Assembly: GCF_006345805.1 (NCBI RefSeq)
Contig: NC_043021.1
Coordinates: 10,168,001-10,232,000 of the forward strand
Source: Octopus sinensis
Taxonomy: Eukaryota
Direction of reading: 5' to 3'
DNA length: 64,000 nucleotides
The notes under the pieces were generated by a model, which saw nothing but the letters and a program-made list of their open reading frames with translations, was not told where the DNA came from and did not search any database. Made by a program: the position numbers and the translations under genes. Below are positions 50,111-64,000 of the stretch, piece after piece (the stretch's first letter is position 1; each line of letters starts with the position of its first letter).

Positions 50111-50797
50111 TATGTATGACTGTGGTGTGTATCTCTTTTCCCATTGTTCTACTATATTTCTAGGAAAGTCTGAGGAATTATAGATTATAACTAGATCATA
50201 ACAGAGATAAATTCAATAATCTCAGTTACTGTTTCACAAACGGTCGATATTTTCGTTGTTCATAGTTCAAAAACAAAACAGAATGCAGAATGCTAAAGTA
50301 TTACAAAATGACATCTTGAAATCTAATAAATATTTAATAAAGTCTTGACTCCATCGACAGTTGAGAAGGAAGATGGTATCTTCGTAATGATCAGTGAATT
50401 TGAGCTTCATGTACTTGCACGGCCATACTGGGGCACGGGCTTGAAGGGTATTGTTGAGCAAATCGATCCCTAGTACTTAATTTTTAAGCCTGATTTTTAA
50501 AATTCTGTCTGACTTCTTTGCCGAACCGCTTGTTATGGGGACGTAAATAAACCAACGACTGTTGTCAAGCGATAGTGGGGGACAAACACATACCCAAAAC
50601 TCTCACACACGCACATGCGCACGCACACTCACACGTGCGCACGCGCGACAGGTTTCTATGAATTTTCGTCTATCAAACCTACACAAAGGGATTGTTTGGC
50701 CAGGGGCTATAGAAGAAGACACTTGCCCGAGTCGCTACATAGAGGGACTGAATCCGGAATGTATGTATGTATATATATATATATATATATATACATA

Positions 50798-50830
<33 letters not shown>

Positions 50831-50891
50831 CTCTTTTACTTGTTTCAGTCATTTGACTACAGCCATGCTGGAGCACCGCCTTTATATATAT

Positions 50892-50963
<72 letters not shown>

Positions 50964-51047
50964 GTAATATATATATATAATGTAATGTATAATACACACA
51001 TACATATATATAATGTATATATGTAATATATATACACACACATATAC

Positions 51048-51108
<61 letters not shown>

Positions 51109-51117
51109 TATATATAT

Positions 51118-51149
<32 letters not shown>

Positions 51150-51199
51150 ATATATTATATATATATATATATGCATATGTATGCATATGTATGCATACA

Positions 51200-52130
51200 C
51201 ATATGAGACTGATCTGTGTATGCAGTATCTCCAAGTTGAGTCTCTCCGGTAAAGTCTACGCTAGATTTTTGAAAAAAAAATGTGGTTGGGTAAATCTGAA
51301 GCCCAACCTTGCCGAAGAACGGTGTGGCTCCCGTCCTAGATGCAGCGCAACCGACCAAATATTCCGCTGCACCGTAGGTCTTCGAGAAATCGTGGGAATA
51401 TTGAGAAGATGTGTACGCTTGCTTTCTAGACTTCGAAAACGCATATGACCACATGCTGTGAGGGGTTTTGCAGGAGCTTGGACTTAACGGACAACTCCTG
51501 CTTTCTCTGAAGTCTCTATAAGAATGATCAGATGTTTGAGTTCGAGTAAATAGTACTTAGTCGAAATTGGTGGACGTGGGTGTTGGACTTCGTAAGGGGT
51601 GCATATTGTTACTCCGCCCTTTCATAATTTTAATTGACATGCGTAGCCGTTATGAAAGTCTGACATTTTCAGACGATATGTTGTTTCTTTGTTCATCAGA
51701 AGGTTGATCCCCTATCATGCCACAAGCAGAGGTGAGAATTAGTGCAGCGAAGTTTAATGTATTGGTTCTGATCAGAAAGTCTTCCCAGTGCATTCTGAAT
51801 GTAAATGGAAAATGACTGAGACAAATGGAAAACTTCCAATATCTCGAGGTCGTATTCATGTTTGATGGGATACACGTGACTGAACTGGACATGAAAATTG
51901 TAGGTGTTGGCACAGTCACGCGCCAGGTCCAGCATTGGATCGTCAGAAGACGTAAAAGTTGTAAAATTTTCAAACTTATTACCTTCAATTCGATTTTCGT
52001 GCCTTATCCTCGCCTATGGTAATGAATATTGGGTAATGACCGAAAGAGTACAATCACAAATACACGCATCCGAAATGGGGTTCCCCCGAAACATATCTGT
52101 AGTAACGTTAGTTGTACGTAAAATAAGCAA
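51200..52130 (+). mobile_element. Degenerate RTE reverse transcriptase fragment
   Basis: CGSRPRCSATDQIF, GLRKGCILL, ADDM-like motif, QMENFQYL, LAYGNEYWVMTERVQSQIHASEMGF across frameshifts. Confidence 0.8.
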
Positions 52131-52647
52131 AAACATCAAAATAACATCATGCCTAATTTTGGTTCTAAACAAAACTGGACTCTGAGATGGTTAAATGAAA
52201 TATTCAAAACAAATATAAGTGTAATTTTATCCAAGTAGATATTAGATACATACTATTTCAGCACTTCTCCTACCCTACTGACCTTTAATCTTTTCTATGA
52301 GAAGTTCTTCACCATCTAGGAAAGAAGTGCATATAGTTCTTACTTCTAGAATGGTAATTGGATTTAATGTGAGCTGTGGAATAGGAGGAACAAAATGAAT
52401 GAATTTGAAATCACAGAGGGTGTCTAACGATTCAGTGGATGTAACCGATTTGGTGGGTATTTATGTGTTGCATAACTTAAATAAATTTTGTATGTAAATA
52501 TGCAACTGTAACGAACTTTAAATCTAAGCTACGTAATTACCAGCGGCACTCTTCGAAGGGGAGATAAGGCTACTTTCACTTTACTGTCCGCTAATATACG
52601 GAGCTCAAACAGCAGGATATTTATTATTCAGTATTTTGGTCTGCTGA

Positions 52648-52888
52648 AGGCGACGAGCTGGCAGAAACGTTTGCACGCCGGGCGAAATGCTTAGAGGTAT
52701 TTCGTCTGCCGCTACGTTCTGAGTTCAAATTCCGCCGAGGTCGACTTTGCTTTTCATCCTTTCGGGGTCGATTAAATAAGTACCAGTTACGCACTGGGGT
52801 CGATATAATCGACTTAATCCGTTTGTCTGTCCTTGTTCGTCCCCTCTGTGTTTAGCCCCTTGTGGGTAGTAAAGAAATAGGTATTTCG
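52648..52888 (+). mobile_element. SINE family B
   Basis: Full-length match to 5885-6118. Confidence 0.8.
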
Positions 52889-53229
52889 TACTTTTCACGC
52901 AGCCTCTAGCGGACGAACTTAGCAACGTTATCGTGCCTCCTTTTATAGTGCTTTTCGGCCAGTTTGCTACACTCACTCACTCACAATATGTGAGATTGTC
53001 TCGTGTCTGCTGCCACGCATCCTGAAAAGGGGTTATTCGATACTCTTATTTATTTGGAACTTGGTGTAATTAGTTCTCAGAGCTTGTTCTCGGGCGCTGC
53101 ATATCAATGCCTCAGTGCATCCTTTCCGATTACTTTTTCTTAGCCATCTCCAAGTGTTGATCTTGTCTTTTCCTTCGATTTCGCTGAGGTATTGCCCATG
53201 CAGTGGTTTCATTATTATTATTTAGAAAT

Positions 53230-53840
53230 TTATAGAGGACTAGTGGAGGGGAAGTGCAACGACTTTATCGGGGAGACTCTGTGCGCCGACGAGAATGAAC
53301 TGGCTAGTCTGTTCCGAAGGACTTTCCGGTCGGGAACTATCATGGATAATTTCCAGATGTCCTTGGTCTGGAAGTGCAACTGTGGAGCGCTGCTGGTTCG
53401 AGACAAGCTCTACAGGCACGGATACGTTGTCAGACGGACTTGTCCGAGGTGCAAGCAGAGTGACGAAACCTTTCTGCACGCCATCGTTCAGTGTCCGGGC
53501 ATTGCTGACTTGTGAGGTTACGTTGAACAGCTGCTGTCACGTGTGGGACGGATCCGTCTGTCGGCCGAGTCTGTAGTGATGACTGCACCGCCGCCATCCT
53601 TCAATCAGGCAGGCAAGGCAGTTTCCTTTTGCCTAGTGGCTGTGGCGAAAGAGGTTGTTTGGCGGACAAGGCTGAAAGGCATGAGGATACACACATTCCT
53701 CTTTGGTTGAGTTCTCATTGACTTTTCCAAGTTTCCCTTGAAAAGGAAATTGAAAGTGGTGAGGGGAAGTGCTGTCCTCGAGTGAGTTTATTGAAAGGTG
53801 GGTGAAAGTTGCGAAAATGGCAAGAGTGGATGGTATTTCT
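53230..53840 (+). mobile_element. L1/Tx1-clade LINE C-terminal fragment
   Basis: LVWK...ALLVRDKLYRHG....CPRCKQSDETFLHAIVQC zinc knuckle, then AKEVVWRTR. Confidence 0.75.
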
Positions 53841-54151
53841 CTAAGTGTAGAGCTGTGAGTTGGAGAGAAGGAATTAGAGAGGGGATTTTCACATAGGGTT
53901 TCAGGGAAATCTCGGACAGTGGGGCTCCTCGATTATTCCTAGAGGCCTTCCTGTATAGGAGGGCCACATCTCTATCAGCCTCCCACCCCATACCGTGTAT
54001 ACTTTTTTCTTTTCATTTCATTATTATATGTAAACCACCACACTTTGTGTCTGCCTCTGTATTGTTCCCCACCCCTATCCTTCGCCCTTGTGGCAAATAA
54101 ATGAAATCATCATCATTATCACCACCACCACCACCACCACCATTTGGCAGT

Positions 54152-54448
54152 ATGTAGCTTGCTATTCTCTTTAAGTGAAATACACCGAAAAATGGCGACA
54201 CAGCAGTCAAAACATCGTAAAAAATAGGGATTTTCATAAAAAAAAGCACCTTTTTGATGTAAATAATTTTTGGTGTTAACACGGTTCGATTTGAATTTTT
54301 TTCATCTACGGGATGAAGAGCAAGCTTTCTTCTATCATACTCTCAATTTTGGTCAACTTGCGCCGCAGGGTCTCGGAGGAGATAGTGTTAGTTGAAGGCT
54401 ACCAAACCTGCCTCGCACAGACAACTTCAGCTTTATATAGAGAGAGAT
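54152..54448 (+). mobile_element. 5'-truncated copy of the Helitron-like element
   Basis: Near-identical to 19160-19473. Confidence 0.65.
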
Positions 54449-54674
54449 TTCTTTAAAACGAGTTACAAATGACAGACATATGTAAGGAATAAGACTGCGC
54501 TACTAACTCATGAAACAAACTTGAACACGGTGAAATAGGCGAAAATTCTCATGTAACATTGTAACAACAACGACCAAGATAAATTATTTTATATATTTAT
54601 TAATTTGTTAATTCATTGTGAATAATATTTTAGCGACATTCCTTTATAAACAGAAATTTTCATTAAAGTACTTT

Positions 54675-58653
<3,979 letters not shown>

Positions 58654-58721
58654 GGTGATTCTAGATGTTCAGTTATCTGTGTAGAATAATTCAACTGATG
58701 CTAGAGTTATGAATCGTGTGG

Positions 58722-58772
58722 TATTTATAGGTAAGTATCATTAGGAAAACGTCTTTGAGGAAAGAACAGCTG
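58722..58772 (-). promoter_or_regulatory. Proximal promoter of protease copy 3 (TATA box and E-box)
   Basis: TATTTATA 58722-58729 and CAGCTG 58767-58772, same spacing as copy 1. Confidence 0.6.
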
Positions 58773-61036
58773 TAATTATTCATCAATGTTCGAACAATAA
58801 GACAAAGAACAACCGAGAATGTTTTAATGTAAAGTAATTTATGTTATGATATGAAATATATAATCAATACGATTTTATATTATGTCACTAAAGTGCTGTT
58901 CTAATTTCTATTGAACGAGTATTGTCATCTTTTGAGGTGTATTGTAATATCTTAAATTAATACATCTTCAAAATAGCTCCCATATTTCTATATGTACGTG
59001 AAATAAAAAAAAAAGGCAATTACCTTTTGTGTGATAGGATATATTTTATTATGTTGACCACTCAAATGATTACTATTGAAGATTGATCCACCTGAATATG
59101 ATTGCATCACCTGTCATTTTGAAACGATGAATCTGTTTATATTATTGTTGTATAGTTATTTCTTGCTTAAAAATATTTCCTGTTAATTAATAAACGCAAA
59201 TATGTTAGGATTAGTGCCTCCATCTTGATTGTCACAGTCACAACGTTTCGGCTGTATTGTCCTTCAGTCTGTTTAGGTTTCCGTTGCATTCCGTATTCAA
59301 TACGGAATATATCGCAAATATGTTAGGATTAGTGCCTCCATCTTGATTGTTTTAGTCACAACGTTTCGGCTGTATTGTCCTTCAGTCTGTTTAGGTTTCC
59401 GTTGCATTCCGTATTCAATACGAAATATATGTTTCGAAGCGAATCTTTTATTAAATCCATGCCTGCACTTTGTATTTATTTCGATATCCATATTGGGACT
59501 ACTCTCCCATTTGTAGGTGTTTTTACATGTGATATCCCTAGCATGGATCTTTCAGACAAGTAACAACACTTGAAAGTGCAGTGGATTAACCAGTGCATAC
59601 GCTGTTATGTGATAGCTTCATTCATAGTCCTAGGTTAGCGATGAATACCATATAGAAACATTTGTTTTAGAAAGACTTAAGCGCTGTAATTTCCATTGGT
59701 TAACAATCTCACAAAACAATAAGGCAGGTTATAAGCGTTGATCAAATTCAAGTGTGGTATTATAATCAATTGGCCAAGGAATTCACTCGTTGTGTCGCTC
59801 AAGCACTCTATAGTCCAGTTGAAACAGAAAGAGAAAGCGACTCCACAATTAGGAGAATACTAAGAGGAGAAGATCTCAAATAGGGACAACAGAATGTAAA
59901 CAATCTTGCCCCTTTGGGTGTAATAAAGGGTTCAGCTCAATATTCCAATTACGTTACGAAATACAACAAGCCCCTGGAAAAAGTTTGAAGGGTCCGACAT
60001 TGTGACTGTAATCACAATGAGGTGGACAATAGATCGATCATATCATTCTATGATAATGATATTTCTCATCTCAGAAATTCCTTAAAATTCCTTAATTTTA
60101 GCAGAATTATAGATTCTATTACATTTATATATAGGTACCCAAATATTTCCGGTTTAGACGGTTATTACCTTGTGATTCCGTTTTAAAATTAATGTGCACG
60201 TCTTTGTTTAATTAGCAAGTTTTATTGTTAATACTAAATTATACTTTTTCACCAATTTCTGTCATGCTATTGATATGAAGAAATCTTGACTTTCGTATTT
60301 TGCCTATTACTATCTAATGGAGTAGGTATTTCCTATAACATGGACAAAAAAAAATTTTCTTAAGAAAATACGTATGAGTTTCTGTTCGAAACTTGTATTT
60401 TGTATTGAAGATTACGGAATGCAACAGAAACCTAAAAGACCGATGGACAAAACGGCCAAAAAGTTGTGACTATTACAACGAAGATGAGGACATTAGTCTC
60501 GACATATCTGCATTTATTAATTAACAGGAAATATTTTAAAGTAAGAACTCACTATACAACATTAATACAAACTGATCCATCATTTAAAAATAATTGGTGA
60601 AGAAATAATATTCAGGGGGATCATTCTTCAAGAGAAATCATTCGAGTGGTCAACGCAATAAAATATATCTTATCAGACAAATGGTAATTGTTTCTTATGT
60701 ACATTTAAAGACATGGGAACTACTTTGAAGATGTATTAATTTAAGATAGTATAATACACCTCGAAAGATTACAGTACTCATTCAATAGAAATTAGAACAA
60801 TTTAGTGAGATAGCGTAAAATTTATTGATTATATATCACACGATATCATAAATTACTCAACATAAAAGACATTTTCTCTTGTTGTTTGTTTTATTGTTCA
60901 AACATTGACGAATAATTACAGCTGTTTCTTCCTCAAACACGTTTTCACAATGATACTTACCTACACATACCACACAACCATTCAAGCATCAGCTGAATTA
61001 TTATTGTACACTAATAACTGAACACGTAGGATTACC

Positions 61037-61735
61037 ATGTTGTCTCTCTATTGTCTACTTGTTACGGTTGCTTCAGTTTTTGCCGGTAAGTCCTGTTTTT
61101 CCTCTAGCGGGGTTACGGTTTCGAATATTTCGAAGCTGGGGGTTGATACCGGCCATTTTACCGACACCAATTTTCTTACCCGTATCAGTAAATTCAGGAC
61201 GCCATTATAGATCGTTAGCTCCTACACGCATTTTTTTCTCTCCTTATTTCTCTCCTTGTTTTCTTTTTTTCTGTGTATCTTTCTGTCGAAGAGCGTAGGC
61301 TCGAAACGTAAAAGACTTTTTCTATTTCTATTCCTGAGTGCTATACTAATACATTTGTTTGTTTGTACTCCACCTGCCTTCGTCTTTTGTTTATTTTCGT
61401 AAACTTTCTCAGTAAATTCTACATACATATCTAATGCAATAAAAATTTCATACTATTAATTCATGAAACCTACTAAATTACGACCACTTAAAATATAGCA
61501 ATAAATATATTGCAGGCATTGAAGAATGGTTTATCTAGAAATATATATTCATTTCGTTTTGTGATTTTCTTTCAGCACCTAGAAGACGCGTCGGCGGCGG
61601 ATCTCCAGCACATAACTGCGAATTTCCTTCCATTGTCCACCTCCAAATATTTGATCACCTTTCAGATAACAAGATTAGCTTATGTGGAGGCATTCTGATT
61701 GATTCTACACACGTACTGACAGCAACTCACTGCGT
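61037..61735 (+). CDS. Divergent S1 serine protease copy 4, exons 1-2 only (rest beyond the window or lost)
   Basis: 61037-61085 MLSLYCLLVTVASVFA; 61576-61735 APRRRVGGGSPAHNCEFPSIVHLQIFDHLSDNKISLCGGILIDSTHVLTATHC. Open frame and canonical splice sites. No exon 3 recognised before 64000. Confidence 0.8.
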
Positions 61736-61934
61736 GTAAGTACATACATTGCAAATTGAAGTTTTCGCATCTTTACATTACATTACTTGGTGTTAAAGAA
61801 GAAAGTTTAGTTTCCGTGCTTTATAATATAGAGTTTGAAAAGAATTTGTTAATGTAAATAGCAACATATAAACTAACTAGCTTTAATATCAGGCTAAAAT
61901 TTGCATCGAGTTTTATTTTCAACAGTTTTAGAAT

Positions 61935-62142
61935 ATACTCTTTTACTCTTTTACTCTTTTACTTGTTTCAATCATTTGACTGCGGCCATGCTGGAGCACC
62001 GCCTTTAGTCGAGCAAATCGACCCCCCAGGATTTATTCTTTGGAAGCCTAGTACTTATTCTGTCGGTTCTCTTTTTGCCGAACCGCTAAGTAACGGAGAC
62101 GTAAACACACCAGCATCGGTTGTCAAGCGATGTTGGGCGGAT

Positions 62143-62193
<51 letters not shown>

Positions 62194-62345
62194 AATACAT
62201 ATATACGACGGGTTTCTTTCAGTTCCCGCCTACCAAATCTACTCACAACGCTTTGGTCGGTCCGAAGCTATAGTAGAAGACACTTGCCCAAGGTGCCACG
62301 CAGTGGGACTGAACCCGGAACCATGTGGTTGGTAAGCAAGCTACT
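61935..62345 (-). mobile_element. SINE family A
   Basis: Full-length copy in copy 4 intron 2. Confidence 0.85.
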
Positions 62346-63088
62346 TTATTTCGTTTTATTTGCCGCCGACTGGATTTTTTGCGAAAACATATTTTCTTTT
62401 TTTTTTTTTTTTAAATTAATGTGAGGTTTCAAACCTCTTACAAGAAGGAGGCACTAAAACCTCTTACTTAACATGTTTTTTAAGAAAGTTTCCAAAAAAG
62501 GGTTCAACACAAAGTTCAGAAAAGTTCAATAAAAACACAAAAAAGAACAGAAAGAGGGAGCAGAGGATAAAGAACGAAGGAAGTTCAATTCACGGCAACA
62601 CAATTCGGCCACACCGGCAATCCACAAGAATACAGGTACTCCAGTCGCAACGCAAAACTTAATTCTTCCTGCCTTCGTACTCCTTGCCTGTGGTAAATCC
62701 AATGGAACTTCCTGGGCACGAACACAGTAACGCAAAGACAATTTTCACAACCAAACAAATTTCTGCGGAGGGGATACGTCTCCTCAAAAACACAATTCTC
62801 ACTGCAAAGTGAGTCTTTTCGTACGACCACAGGAAGGTAAATGTCTGAAGCAGAGTGGAGACTGTTGCTCAACAAAAATTATTAAATATAGAGCAAAAAA
62901 CTCCACTAAGCCCCCCCCCCCCCAATAAAACAAACGCCTACCTGTAGTCGAGCTTCAAACGTTCAATATTTCACGTCGAAAGACGTAACTTCCAAGCAGC
63001 ACGAACTCTCCTGTAGTAAGGTAAGCAAGCTACTTACCACACAACCACTCGACTTTCACCATAAACAAGTGCGAATATTTAGATAAAG

Positions 63089-63468
63089 ACTAGCAGTATC
63101 GCCCGGCGTTGCTCGGGTTTGTAAGGGAAATAACTATATAAGCATTTTTAGAGAGTTATAGCCAAAAAATAGCAAAAAATGCATTAAAAATGGAAAAAAA
63201 ATTAAGGTAAATTTTTTTTTTAATCGTTGACACATCGTAGATATTTTTAGAGAGTTACTTCCCTTATATAATAGCGAAAAAATATGATGGTAAATTTTTT
63301 AAAAATCGTAGACTCATCGTAGACGCGCGCTAATACCCAGAAGGGCTCGATATGAATCACGACTATAAGATACCCGCTTTTGGTTAAACTGCACCGCAAA
63401 ATGTGGGAGTAGTTAGGAATCTAAATCGTAGGAGACAGACACACAACTTCACTTTTATATATAAAGAT
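63089..63468 (+). mobile_element. Helitron-like element, related subfamily
   Basis: Same 5' ACTAGCAGTATCGCCCGGCGTTGCTCGGGTTT and similar 3' CACAACTTCACTTTTATATATAAAGAT; different interior. Confidence 0.6.
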
Positions 63469-64000
63469 ATAAGCCACGTAGTTATATACACATACTTTGT
63501 TATATACACATTCTTAAAAGAAAATGTTATTTTGAACACAACATTTATAAAGAATAAAATATTTTTTGGTTTTTCTTTTAAACGGATGCATACATTTATT
63601 AATAACTACATATAAGTGCCGTCTGTTTATACATAAACACTGTTTCATACTGCAATTATATATACATATATCTATATATAATATTATATAATAAAATATA
63701 TACAGAATATGTGTATATATTTATGTATGTATAAATATATACTGAAAGAAGCTCGGCTCGCCAATTAATACTACCAAAATTTAACGACAGAAAGTAAATT
63801 AAAAACCAATTTACCTTTTCTGTATTGTTATGGCAATTCGACCGTCGGTGTGCTTTTGCAAATGTGTTCGAATGGGAAGCGAGTTGTGCTTGGCGCCTTT
63901 TTTACAAATAACAAACACACACGTGTCTGTATGTGTGTATGTATGTATATGTGTATGTAGTTGTTTGAAACGTTTGTGTTAGTCACTGTCATATATGTAT

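Noticed and set aside
62520-62880. GC-richer block with short ORFs; considered as exon 3 of copy 4 or a transposase fragment
   Set aside because: No match to protease exon 3 in any frame examined and no convincing transposase motif.

Overview
AT-rich, microsatellite- and SINE-dense eukaryotic DNA. The repeat families and gene content point to an octopus/coleoid cephalopod (inference). The window holds: (1) the last 9 coding exons of GMP synthase (+, 565-11209; 5' part outside the window); (2) a complete 5-exon SWI5 homolog (+, 21136-26633); (3) a cluster of secreted S1 (chymotrypsin-fold) serine proteases in alternating orientation. Copy 1 (-, 29207-34096) and copy 2 (+, 37534-41401) form a head-to-head palindrome. 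An orphan exon5-fragment/exon6 pair follows (42022-48450), then copy 3 (-, 54675-58653) head-to-head with a divergent copy 4 (+, from 61037; only exons 1-2 found). The rest is SINEs, RTE/L1/R4-type LINE fragments, mariner/hAT/piggyBac-type MITEs, Helitron-like elements, Penelope-like relics with hammerhead-ribozyme-like motifs, and a 2.5-kb higher-order tandem array. Exon models were built by hand from GT-AG boundaries and reading-frame phase. Family assignments come from remembered motifs, not database searches.
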